DNA of 64,000 nucleotides from an uncultured Muribaculaceae bacterium (GTDB lineage Bacteria; Bacteroidota; Bacteroidia; Bacteroidales; Muribaculaceae). Both the position numbers and the translations under genes were made by a program. The stretch covers positions 2,816 to 66,815 of the forward strand of contig CALUMX010000013.1 in assembly GCA_944321875.1 (NCBI GenBank). Direction: 5' to 3'. Of the stretch, positions 39,057 through 48,041 are shown piece by piece (the first letter of the stretch is position 1; the number at the start of each line of letters is the position of its first letter). Below the pieces are notes generated by a model. The model saw only the letters and a list, made by a program, of their open reading frames with translations. It had not been told where the DNA came from and searched no databases.

Positions 39057-39092
39057 AACGGGGCTGTCTGACCGATGTCAGACAGCCCCGTT
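39057..39092 (-). terminator. Intrinsic terminator of rpsA
   Basis: Perfect 16-bp stem aacggggctgtctgac / gtcagacagccccgtt, loop cgat, then a U-run on the minus strand. Confidence 0.85.
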
Positions 39093-39121
39093 GGCTTATA
39101 GAGTTGGATTAATCCTTCGGA

Positions 39122-40903
39122 TTATTTCTCACCCTTAGCGAGTTTTTCCTTCAAAGCAGCGAGCTCAGAGATGTCACCAAGAGTAGTCTTCTCGATTGCC
39201 GGAGCAGCTACAGGAGCTTCTTCAGCCTTAGCCTTCTTGGCAGCCTTCTTAGCTTCAGCCTTTTCTGCCTTAGCTTCATCTTCGAAGATGCGGCTGTGAG
39301 AAAGGATGATGCGCTTAGATTCCTTGTTGAATTCGATTACCTTGAAGTTGAGCTTCTCGTCAACTTGAGCTTGAGTACCGTCTTCCTTGATGAGGTGCTT
39401 CGGAGTAGCGAAGCCTTCAACACCGTAAGGCAGAGCGATTACCGCACCCTTGTCAACCTTCTCGATGATAGTACCTTCGTGGATGCTACCTACAGTGAAG
39501 ATTGTTTCGAATACGTCCCAAGGATTTTCTTCGAGTTGCTTGTGGCCGAGGCTCAAGCGACGGTTTTCCTTGTCGATTTCGAGAACCTGAACGTCGATAT
39601 CAGCACCGATTTGAGTGAATTCGCTCGGGTGTTTGATTTTCTTAGTCCAAGAAAGGTCAGAGATGTGAATCAAGCCGTCAACGCCTTCTTCCAATTCAAC
39701 GAATACACCGAAGTTAGTGAAGTTGCGAACCTTTGCAGTGTGCTTAGAGTTAACCGGATACTTCTCTTCGATGTTTTCCCATGGGTCAGCCTTCAATTGC
39801 TTGATACCGAGAGACATCTTGCGTTCCTTGCGGTCGAGTGTCAAAACAACAGCCTCTACCTCGTCGCCCACCTTCATGAAGTCCTGAGCAGAGCGGAGGT
39901 GCTGTGACCAAGACATTTCAGAAACGTGAATCAAACCTTCTACGCCCGGAGCGATTTCAACGAATGCACCGTAGTCAGCCATAACGACAACTTTACCCTT
40001 CACCTTGTCGCCAACCTTCAAGTTAGGATCAAGGGCATCCCATGGATGCGGTTGAAGTTGCTTCAAGCCGAGAGCGATACGCTTCTTCTCGTCGTCGAAG
40101 TCGAGGATAACAACGTTGAGCTTCTGATCCAAAGTAACAACTTCGTTCGGATCGTTTACGCGGCCCCAAGAAAGGTCAGTGATGTGAATCAAGCCGTCAA
40201 CGCCACCCAAGTCGATGAATACACCGTAAGAAGTGATGTTCTTGACTGTACCTTCGAGTACCTGTCCTTTTTCGAGTTTTGCAATGATATCTTTCTTTTG
40301 TTGTTCGAGTTCAGCTTCGATAAGAGCCTTGTGAGAAACGACAACGTTCTTGAATTCCTGGTTGATTTTAACCACCTTGAATTCCATAGTCTTGCCTACG
40401 TAAACATCGTAGTCGCGGATAGGCTTAACGTCAATTTGAGAACCCGGCAAGAATGCTTCGATGCCGAATACGTCAACAATCATACCACCCTTAGTGCGGC
40501 ACTTGATGTAACCCTTGATGATTTCGTCGTTCTCAAGAGCTTCGTTCACGCGATCCCAGCTGCGGGTAGCGCGAGCTTTCTTGTGAGAAAGGATAAGCTG
40601 GCCTTTTTTGTCTTCTTGATTCTCGATAAATACCTCAACCTTGTCGCCAACTTTGAGTTCAGGGTTGTAGCGGAATTCATTTACCGGGATGATACCGTCT
40701 GACTTGTAGCCGATGTTAACTACAACTTCGCGGTTTGTAATTGCAATTACAGTTCCTTCAATGACATCCTTGTTCTTGATAGTGTTCAAAGATTCATCGT
40801 AAGTCTTTTCCAACTCTTCACGAGTTTTGCCGGTTTCAACTTGGCCGTGTTCGTAAGAATCCCAGTCGAAATCAGCGATTGGTGAATTTTTTAATTCGCT
40901 CAT
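39122..40903 (-). CDS. rpsA: 30S ribosomal protein S1
   Basis: Six S1 repeats (G.V..I...G..V.L......G..H.S). It has a Lys/Ala-rich C-terminus and is 593 aa long. Confidence 0.95.
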   Translation of the reverse strand: MSELKNSPIADFDWDSYEHGQVETGKTREELEKTYDESLNTIKNKDVIEGTVIAITNREVVVNIGYKSDGIIPVNEFRYNPELKVGDKVEVFIENQEDKKGQLILSHKKARATRSWDRVNEALENDEIIKGYIKCRTKGGMIVDVFGIEAFLPGSQIDVKPIRDYDVYVGKTMEFKVVKINQEFKNVVVSHKALIEAELEQQKKDIIAKLEKGQVLEGTVKNITSYGVFIDLGGVDGLIHITDLSWGRVNDPNEVVTLDQKLNVVILDFDDEKKRIALGLKQLQPHPWDALDPNLKVGDKVKGKVVVMADYGAFVEIAPGVEGLIHVSEMSWSQHLRSAQDFMKVGDEVEAVVLTLDRKERKMSLGIKQLKADPWENIEEKYPVNSKHTAKVRNFTNFGVFVELEEGVDGLIHISDLSWTKKIKHPSEFTQIGADIDVQVLEIDKENRRLSLGHKQLEENPWDVFETIFTVGSIHEGTIIEKVDKGAVIALPYGVEGFATPKHLIKEDGTQAQVDEKLNFKVIEFNKESKRIILSHSRIFEDEAKAEKAEAKKAAKKAKAEEAPVAAPAIEKTTLGDISELAALKEKLAKGEK

Positions 40904-40968
40904 TTAAAATAAAGTTAATACTAAGTTAATTTAATAAGTTAGACATTATATTGCTATATAGTCGGGTG

Positions 40969-40976
40969 CAAATTTA
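40969..40976 (-). promoter_or_regulatory. -7 box (taaatttg on the minus strand) for rpsA
   Basis: Plus-strand caaattta is an exact TAnnTTTG match about 65 nt upstream of the rpsA ATG. Confidence 0.45.
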
Positions 40977-41085
40977 CGACTTATTTTATTCTCACGCAAC
41001 AACTTCGGTGCTTTTTTTCTGCTTTTTTATCATACTATCAGCGTTTTGCCTCCTTCCGGAATCTCCAAAGCGCATAGTCGACCAA

Positions 41086-41264
41086 CTATATCACGCCAAA
41101 CTTTCGGAGAGCATTGCTGACACCGTTGTCGTCAACCGAGGTCGTCACATAGACTCCGGCAGCCTTAGCCGCTTCGAGCGCCTCAATCGTAGAGGCAGGT
41201 ATCTCGTGGGTATTGAAGCTGACGAGTGTCCCGTCGATGTCAAAAAAACAGCGCTTTAATCATA
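41086..41264 (-). pseudogene. Remnant of a Cof-type HAD hydrolase gene (only the N-terminal ~60 codons, frameshifted)
   Basis: The minus strand reads atg att aaa gcg ctg, then a T8 tract (plus-strand A8 at 41242-41249), then gac atc gac ggg aca ctc. This gives MIKALFF / DIDGTLVSFNTHEIPASTIEALEAAKAAGV, which is HAD motif I, out of frame with the ATG. A stop follows after GVI, so the rest of a ~260-aa gene is missing. Confidence 0.6.
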
Positions 41265-41279
41265 GTTCTTCACACTGCT

Positions 41280-41912
41280 TTATTTGTCGCCCTTCAACTT
41301 GTTTCTGTAATAGGATGTTGACGTATAGAGCACGGCGGCAGGATTGTGTCCCGTTACACGGTCCTTCGTCACAAGCGTTGTGGCATAGGCATCAGAATAT
41401 TTGTAAAACAGACTGTCGTGGCCCACGCAAAGTCCAATGACCACATTCAGCTCTGTGCCGGCCTGATTCAGCAAACGAGCCTGCAATATCGGGTTGCACA
41501 TCGCCGCTCCGATGCTTTCACACTCTTTTGGTATGCCCATCGACGATTTTGCCTTGCCGCCTGCCTTACAGATAACGGAAAACACTTCAAAGCCGTTGTC
41601 ACGAAGGATGCGGGCAAAAATTCGTGCCTCGTTCTGCAAGCCGATGCAGTTGGCTATACCGATACGGCGGTAACCCATTTTCCGGGCGAAAGTCATGATT
41701 TCCTCCACACGGGTCAGTCGGCAGTAGCCTTCATATTCCACCTCGGCCGAAGCTACCATCACCCGGTGGTTGTCGCCTTCGTCATAACGCTCCACCGCCC
41801 ATTGCCAGTCGGCATCGTCGAGTCCGGTAGTCAGACAAAATTCAGGATATGTGCGGTCCTTGTATTTGCAGTTCTGCGTGCCGCAATCCACGCAACTCAA
41901 TTCTTTTTCCAT
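41280..41912 (-). CDS. DUF1847-like Cys-rich metal-binding protein
   Basis: N-terminal CVDCGTQNCKYKDRTYPEFC plus further conserved Cys residues; 210 aa. Confidence 0.5.
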   Translation of the reverse strand: MEKELSCVDCGTQNCKYKDRTYPEFCLTTGLDDADWQWAVERYDEGDNHRVMVASAEVEYEGYCRLTRVEEIMTFARKMGYRRIGIANCIGLQNEARIFARILRDNGFEVFSVICKAGGKAKSSMGIPKECESIGAAMCNPILQARLLNQAGTELNVVIGLCVGHDSLFYKYSDAYATTLVTKDRVTGHNPAAVLYTSTSYYRNKLKGDK

Positions 41913-42035
41913 AATGATTTAGCTTGCCGGATGAGTTAAATTCAAGTAATTCGACTATGTATTTTTCACTATTCCGGCGACAGATGAAGCCTCTTTCACC
42001 GAAATGCAGTATTTTTACACAAATAAATAACAGAT

Positions 42036-42764
42036 ATGACACCTCAGCAAAACGAACGCTATAAACGACATATTCTGCTGCCGGAAATCGGCGAGGCCGG
42101 ACAGCAGCGCCTGCTTGACAGCCGTGTGCTGATTGTAGGAGCGGGAGGACTCGGTTCGCCGGTAGCCCTCTATCTGGCAGCCGCAGGAGTCGGACACATC
42201 GGTATTGCCGATTTCGACACCGTGGACCTCTCCAATCTTCAACGGCAAATCATCCATACTACCCACGATATTGGCCGATCGAAAACCCTGTCTGCCCAGG
42301 AAAAAATCGCCGCGCTGAATCCGGATGTGAAAGTGACGGCTATTCCGTCGCGTTTCGATAGTGAAAATGCCGTCAAGTTGATTGCTGACTACGACATCGT
42401 GGTCGACGCCACGGATTCGCTCGACGTAAAATATCTTATCAATGATACTTGTGTGAGGGCTGGAAAGCCATTCGTCCACGGAGGCATCAACCAATATACG
42501 GGCAACGTGATGACCGTTCTGCCCGGCACGGCCTGCTACCGCTGCGTGTTTCCACAGGCGCAAGCACTGAAAGCCAGTTCGGAGTACGGTGTGTTCGGAG
42601 CCATTGCCGGCATCGCAGGAACGCTTCAGGCCGCTGAGGTAATCAAATTCCTCACCGATACGGGCGAACTGCTCACCAACCGGCTGCTGTCGTTCGACGC
42701 ACGCACGATGCAGTTCTTCGTGCTCGACGTAGCGCCGTCATCCGCTTGTCCCAACCACCGCTAA
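42036..42764 (+). CDS. ThiF/MoeB/HesA-family E1-like adenylyltransferase
   Basis: RYKRHILLPEIGEAGQQRL ... VLIVGAGGLGSPVALYLAAAGVG ... DFDTVDLSNLQRQ ... one CYRC motif. Confidence 0.85.
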   Translation: MTPQQNERYKRHILLPEIGEAGQQRLLDSRVLIVGAGGLGSPVALYLAAAGVGHIGIADFDTVDLSNLQRQIIHTTHDIGRSKTLSAQEKIAALNPDVKVTAIPSRFDSENAVKLIADYDIVVDATDSLDVKYLINDTCVRAGKPFVHGGINQYTGNVMTVLPGTACYRCVFPQAQALKASSEYGVFGAIAGIAGTLQAAEVIKFLTDTGELLTNRLLSFDARTMQFFVLDVAPSSACPNHR

Positions 42765-42767
42765 GGG

Positions 42768-43991
42768 TTATTCCATTTCTATATCGTCGTATTTCTGGAA
42801 AAGGAAATCGTTGTAGGGGAAACGCTTCATGTGGATTTCCTTTGCCATTTCGTAGAGACGTTGCTTCAGCTCGTCGATGTTGATTTTCTGTTTGGCGGAG
42901 ATGAAGATGCAGTTGTCGTTCATCTTGGCCATCCATGTCTGCTTCAGTTCCTCGAGCGGAATGTTCTCGCGGGTGCGCGGTGTGAGGTCATCGTCGTCCT
43001 TCTTGACGTAGGTGAAGGCATCCACCTTGTTGAACACGAGAATCATCGGCTTGTCGGTAGAGGCGCACACCTCCTGCAATGTTTTGTTGACCACTTCTAC
43101 CTGCTCCTCAAACTGCGGGTGGGAGATGTCGACCACGTGAACCAGGATGTCGGCGTCGCGTACCTCGTCGAGGGTCGACTTGAAGGAGTCTACCAGGTGA
43201 GTCGGCAGCTTGCGGATGAAACCGATGGTGTCGGTCAGCAGGAACGGAAGGTTGTCGATGATTACCTTGCGCACGGTGGTGTCGAGCGTGGCGAACAGCT
43301 TGTTCTCGGCAAACACGTCCGACTTGCTCAGCAGGTTCATCAGCGTTGATTTTCCCACATTGGTATAGCCCACAAGAGCGATGCGCGTCAGCTTGCCGCG
43401 GTTCTTGCGCTGGATGGATTTCTGGCGGTCGATGCTTTTCAGCTCTTCCTTCAGGCGGGAAATCTTGTCGAGGATGATACGGCGGTCGGTCTCAATCTGT
43501 GTCTCACCCGGACCGCGCATACCGATACCGCCTCGCTGGCGTTCGAGGTGCGTCCACATTCGTGTCAGTCGCGGCAGCAGGTACTGGTACTGGGCCAGCT
43601 CCACCTGCGTGCGTGCGGTGGCCGTCTGTGCGCGTTTTGCGAAAATGTCGAGGATGAGGTTCGTACGGTCGAGAATCTTCACCTTCAGCTCGTTCTCGAT
43701 GTTGAGCACTTGTTTTGAAGTCAGGTCGTCATCGAAAATGACCAGGTCGATTTCGTTTTCCTCGACATACTGGCGGATTTCGTCCAGTTTGCCCTTTCCT
43801 ACAAAAGTGCGGGAATGAGGCGAATCCATACGCTGGAGAAATTTCTTTTGCGTGACGGCTCCTGCCGTCTCGGCGAGAAACGCCAATTCGTCAAGGTATT
43901 CATTTGCCTTTGTCTCGTTCTGTGACGGAGTGATAAGGCCGACCAGTACGGCACGCTCGTCGGCATACTCGATTTTTTTCTTTTCAATCAT
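42768..43991 (-). CDS. hflX: GTPase HflX
   Basis: HflX N-terminal domain (LDEL..L..TAG) plus G-domain motifs GYTNVGKST, DTIGF and NKVD. Confidence 0.9.
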   Translation of the reverse strand: MIEKKKIEYADERAVLVGLITPSQNETKANEYLDELAFLAETAGAVTQKKFLQRMDSPHSRTFVGKGKLDEIRQYVEENEIDLVIFDDDLTSKQVLNIENELKVKILDRTNLILDIFAKRAQTATARTQVELAQYQYLLPRLTRMWTHLERQRGGIGMRGPGETQIETDRRIILDKISRLKEELKSIDRQKSIQRKNRGKLTRIALVGYTNVGKSTLMNLLSKSDVFAENKLFATLDTTVRKVIIDNLPFLLTDTIGFIRKLPTHLVDSFKSTLDEVRDADILVHVVDISHPQFEEQVEVVNKTLQEVCASTDKPMILVFNKVDAFTYVKKDDDDLTPRTRENIPLEELKQTWMAKMNDNCIFISAKQKINIDELKQRLYEMAKEIHMKRFPYNDFLFQKYDDIEME

Positions 43992-44109
43992 ATTGCAAAA
44001 TTACGCAAAAATGTCGGTATAATCCAATAAAAATCAAAGAATAGCCTCAAAAAAAGAAGGGAAGCCGGCTTGTGCGGTTTCCCTTCGTTATGCTGTGAGT
44101 GGCGGGTGC

Positions 44110-44697
44110 TTACTTGCTTTCTGCCACTTTTGTGTAGCGGGTGTTGAGGATTTTCACGATGTCGTTGGTAATGTTCGGAATGTTGTTGACATACCAAGTC
44201 TGGCTCTTGTCGAGCACTACGGAGATGTTGTGCTCCTTCGCGTATTCCTTCACGCACTTGTTGATGGAGTCCTGAAGTTGCTTTGTGCTCTGGCCCATTT
44301 CTGTGCCGAGCGTGTTCTGCAGGTTGACCATGTAGCGTTCAGCGTCGGCCTGCATTTGCTGCAGTTTCTGCTGGTCAGCGTTGAAGCTCTGCTCCGTCAG
44401 GTATTGGTTGTTTTTATATTTCTGCTCCATGCTTGCTGCGAAACGCTGTATCTCAGCTGCCTTCTGCTGTCTTGCAGACTCGAGCTTTGACTGGGAGCGC
44501 TGGCTTGCTTCGTTGACGTCCTTTGCAAAGTTGTAGTTAGTGTAAAGAGAGTCGCTGTCGATGTAGGCCATTTTCACTTCCGCAGGCACTTCAGCTGGTT
44601 TCTTGTCGGTATTCTCAGCCTTTTCAGACGAACACTGATAGAATAAAACTGCAGATAGCAGAACAGGAGTGATTTTGATGAGTTTGGTGAGATTCAT
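44110..44697 (-). CDS. OmpH/Skp-family periplasmic chaperone
   Basis: Signal/lipoprotein peptide, Q/K/E-rich helical hairpin region, and VVLDKS near the C-terminus. Confidence 0.75.
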   Translation of the reverse strand: MNLTKLIKITPVLLSAVLFYQCSSEKAENTDKKPAEVPAEVKMAYIDSDSLYTNYNFAKDVNEASQRSQSKLESARQQKAAEIQRFAASMEQKYKNNQYLTEQSFNADQQKLQQMQADAERYMVNLQNTLGTEMGQSTKQLQDSINKCVKEYAKEHNISVVLDKSQTWYVNNIPNITNDIVKILNTRYTKVAESK

Positions 44698-44710
44698 ATT
44701 TTATAATTTT

Positions 44711-44881
44711 TTACTTTTTTAATTCTTCGTCCTTAGCGCAACGGATATTGTGCTTCCTCATCGCCGGGTTGTCGTGAATGTGTCCCGACGGGAACTTTCC
44801 CCCTTTCACAAAAAATACTTTCACCCCCAACATGATGATACATAGGGCGATGATTCCGATAGAGAGCAATATGGTTGGCAT
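44711..44881 (-). CDS. Small single-pass membrane protein (56 aa)
   Basis: MPTILLSIGIIALCIIMLGVKVFF transmembrane segment followed by a basic tail. I chose ATG 44881 because a -7 box lies about 20 nt upstream. Confidence 0.5.
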   Translation of the reverse strand: MPTILLSIGIIALCIIMLGVKVFFVKGGKFPSGHIHDNPAMRKHNIRCAKDEELKK

Positions 44882-44900
44882 TGTCTGTGATTTTTGAGTG

Positions 44901-44908
44901 CAAATATA
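44901..44908 (-). promoter_or_regulatory. -7 box (tatatttg on the minus strand) for the small membrane protein/OmpH unit
   Basis: Plus-strand caaatata is an exact TAnnTTTG match. Confidence 0.45.
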
Positions 44909-45028
44909 TGAAATTGGCACATAAATTTCGCGGTAAAATCAATTTATTTTTTTATCTTAGGGGTCGAATTGTTTTGGATTTAACAATATTTCAAAAATAC
45001 AGCAACTTAAAATTAATTCTAAATAACT

Positions 45029-46498
45029 ATGACAATCAAAGATTTGGAACCAAAATTGATTTGGTCAATTTTCGATGAGATTACACAAGTACCTCGCCCT
45101 TCAAAGAAAGAAGAGAAAATTCGCGAATATCTGCTCGATTTCGCAAAGAAATATAATTTGGAGGCTAAGACTGACGGCGTAGGCAACGTCGTTATCTATG
45201 CTCCGGCAACTCCGGGTAAGGAGAATGCTCCGGTTGTTGTACTCCAAGGCCACATGGACATGGTGCCTAACCAGACAAAACCGGAAACTCACAACTTCGA
45301 AACTGACCCTATCCTGACGGAAGTGGACGGCGAATGGCTGCACTCAGCAGGCTACAAGACTACGCTCGGTGCCGACAACGGTATCGGTATGGCTGCCGCT
45401 CTTGCCGCTCTTATCGACAAGTCGTTTGAGCACGGTCCGCTGGAGGCTCTCTTCACGGTTGACGAGGAGACGGGTCTGACAGGTGCGAAGAACCTGGGCA
45501 AGGACATGATTACAGGTGAGATTCTTCTAAACCTCGACTCTGAGGATGAGGCTCAAATCTTCCTTGGATGCGCAGGTGGTATCGACACTATCGGTTATTT
45601 TGACTACAAGTGTGAGGAAGTGCCTGCCGGCTATCAGTTCTTCAAGTTCTCGATGACAGGTTTCCGTGGCGGTCACTCAGGTGCCGACATTCATTTGGGA
45701 CGTGCCAACGCCAACAAGTTGCTCGCGCGCTTCCTTGTTGACTGCTACAAGGCTTACGGCAACATCGCCCTCGCCGACATCAACGGTGGTGAGCTCCGCA
45801 ACGTAATTCCGGGCAACGCATACGCTGTTATCGGTGTTCCTGCCGACAAGAAGGAAGACCTCCGTACACGCGTTAATCACTACGCTGCCGTTATCGAGGA
45901 AGAATACCGCGGCATCGAGGACCTTCAGAAGATTGCTCTGGAGTCAGCCGATACCCCTTGCTGCGTAATCGACGGTTGCACGGCGAAGCGTGTCGTTCTG
46001 GCGTTGAACTCCATGCCGAACGCTGTGATTGCCATGAGCCGCAGCATCAAGGACATGGTGAGCACATCCACTAACCTCGCTCTTATCCGCAAGGACAGCG
46101 AGAAGAAGCAAATCGTCATCACAACTTCTCAACGTAGCGAGGAGGAGACTCGCAAGTTTGACATCGCATCCCAAATCTACTCTCACTTCGAGCTTGCCGG
46201 TGCTACGGTAGAGCAGGGTGACGGTTATCCGGGATGGACTCCTAACATGGATTCAAAGATTCTGAAGGTGGCTGTCAAGGCTTACGAGGACCTTTACGGC
46301 ATCACTCCTTACTGCACTTCTCTCCACGCTGGTTTGGAATGCGGTAACTTCTTGGTTGACAATCCGAAGCTCGACATGATTTCATTCGGTCCGACACTCC
46401 GTGACGTTCACACTCCGAAGGAATCCATGCACATTCCGGCTGTAGAGAAATTCTGGTGCCACTTGGTAAGAATTCTTGAAATGGTAGCTGAAAAGTAA
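45029..46498 (+). CDS. pepD: Aminoacyl-histidine dipeptidase (M20C, PepD)
   Basis: IPRPSKKE-like start (QVPRPSKKEEKI), GHMDMV, GADNGIG, DEETG. Confidence 0.9.
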   Translation: MTIKDLEPKLIWSIFDEITQVPRPSKKEEKIREYLLDFAKKYNLEAKTDGVGNVVIYAPATPGKENAPVVVLQGHMDMVPNQTKPETHNFETDPILTEVDGEWLHSAGYKTTLGADNGIGMAAALAALIDKSFEHGPLEALFTVDEETGLTGAKNLGKDMITGEILLNLDSEDEAQIFLGCAGGIDTIGYFDYKCEEVPAGYQFFKFSMTGFRGGHSGADIHLGRANANKLLARFLVDCYKAYGNIALADINGGELRNVIPGNAYAVIGVPADKKEDLRTRVNHYAAVIEEEYRGIEDLQKIALESADTPCCVIDGCTAKRVVLALNSMPNAVIAMSRSIKDMVSTSTNLALIRKDSEKKQIVITTSQRSEEETRKFDIASQIYSHFELAGATVEQGDGYPGWTPNMDSKILKVAVKAYEDLYGITPYCTSLHAGLECGNFLVDNPKLDMISFGPTLRDVHTPKESMHIPAVEKFWCHLVRILEMVAEK

Positions 46499-46529
46499 AC
46501 TATCGGCTATATTTATAAACACTTACGTT

Positions 46530-46576
46530 AAGGGCGTTTCCCGGAGTGGCCTCTGCCGCAGGGAAGCGCCCTTTTC
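46530..46576 (+). terminator. Intrinsic terminator of pepD
   Basis: 13-bp stem aagggcgtttccc / gggaagcgccctt (one G-U pair), followed by a T-rich run. Confidence 0.75.
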
Positions 46577-46593
46577 TTGTTAATGAATTGATT

Positions 46594-47142
46594 ATGTTGG
46601 TGATACATCCGAAAGACCGGACTACGGCGATGCTGACGGCTCTCTATGAGGGGACGGATGCCCGTCTGATTGACCAAAGCCGGAGCAATGCCGAAATCAA
46701 GCATCTGCTGAACCATGTATCCTCTTTGGAGCGGATTCTGCTGCTGGGGCATGGCTCGGACAAAGGACTGTTTTCCCGGGAGAGCGAGGACGACGGCCTG
46801 TTTGACCGATTGCTGATAGGGCATTCCCATGCCTACTATCTGCGCCGTCATGGAGGGAATACGGTGGGCGTATGGTGCAACGCCGATTTGTTTGCCCGGA
46901 AGGAGGGGTTGCACGGTTTGTTCTCCGGGATGATTATTACGGAGATGGAGGAGGCCGCCGCTTACGGTGTGGAAACCACCCGGGCCGAGCTTGACGTGGA
47001 GAGCGTGAAGTTGGCGCGTCGGCTCCGTCAACTGATGGACGAGGAAGTGCCTTTGAGCGACATTCCGGCGCGTCTGCTGTTGATGGACGATGCACATTCG
47101 AAACTTACAACCTTCAATTATCGTAACTTTTATTATTTATAA
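46594..47142 (+). CDS. Hypothetical protein (182 aa)
   Basis: ORF 46546..47142. I prefer the ATG at 46594 (MLVIHPKDRTT) because the pepD terminator occupies 46530-46576. I recognised no family. Confidence 0.55.
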   Translation: MLVIHPKDRTTAMLTALYEGTDARLIDQSRSNAEIKHLLNHVSSLERILLLGHGSDKGLFSRESEDDGLFDRLLIGHSHAYYLRRHGGNTVGVWCNADLFARKEGLHGLFSGMIITEMEEAAAYGVETTRAELDVESVKLARRLRQLMDEEVPLSDIPARLLLMDDAHSKLTTFNYRNFYYL

Positions 47143-47291
47143 ATGGTTTTTTACGATAAAAATTAATACATTTGCTTTCGGTAATAACAAGTTACATGCT
47201 CCGTGACGTAAGGAGTCGGTTGCTTTGCCCGCATCAGGGGCATGGCTTTTTGGGATAATAGTGAATGTTTTTGTTGAAATAATAGAATCTG

Positions 47292-48029
47292 ATGAAAAAA
47301 GTACTTATTGTAGTTTCGTTTCTTGTGATGACGGCTGTCTATGGGTTGGCGCTTCCTGCAGTCGGAGAGGGTGACACTGCCGCCGTGAAGACAGACAGTC
47401 TGCCTGCCGCTCAAGCCGATACGCTTGCCGCCGATTCCGTCAGCGAGAAACCTCACAGACTGAATGATGACGACTATCAGAGAGTGGCCGATGAGCTGGG
47501 TATTGACAAGGCGACCATGAAGGCGGTGGTGGAAATCGAGGCAGGACACACTCACATAGGGATGGTTGAGGAAGGCAAGGCGTTGATTAATTTCGATTTG
47601 GGCGTATTCAAGTCGCTGATGCGCCGCAACAAGAAAAGCATAAAGCCCTATCTGGGCTATGAGGCGTTCAAGAAAGTAAATGTGCGGAAATACGGTTCCT
47701 ACGGCAAGGCGCAGTGGGCGCGGCTGGAGTCGGCACGGACGATTGACGCCGATTTGGCCAATCAGGCTACATTCTGGGGAATGTTCCAGATAGGAGGCTT
47801 CAATTGGAAGAAGTGCGGCTGCAGCTCGATTGACGAGTTTGTGGAGCGGATGTGCCGCTCGGAGCAGGAGCAGTTGGAGTTGTTTGCCCAATTCTGTATC
47901 CATATGGATTTGGTTAAATATCTGAAGAAACACGATTGGAACAGCTTTGCCTATCACTATAACGGACCCCGCTACAGGTCGCTGGGTTATCATACGCGCT
48001 TGCGCAAAGCCTACGCTAAACATAAATAA
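47292..48029 (+). CDS. N-acetylmuramidase-family protein (DUF3380)
   Basis: Signal peptide; KAVVEIEAG ... WGMFQIGGFNWKKCG ... EQEQLELFAQF. Confidence 0.75.
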   Translation: MKKVLIVVSFLVMTAVYGLALPAVGEGDTAAVKTDSLPAAQADTLAADSVSEKPHRLNDDDYQRVADELGIDKATMKAVVEIEAGHTHIGMVEEGKALINFDLGVFKSLMRRNKKSIKPYLGYEAFKKVNVRKYGSYGKAQWARLESARTIDADLANQATFWGMFQIGGFNWKKCGCSSIDEFVERMCRSEQEQLELFAQFCIHMDLVKYLKKHDWNSFAYHYNGPRYRSLGYHTRLRKAYAKHK

Positions 48030-48041
48030 TCTAATCTAACG

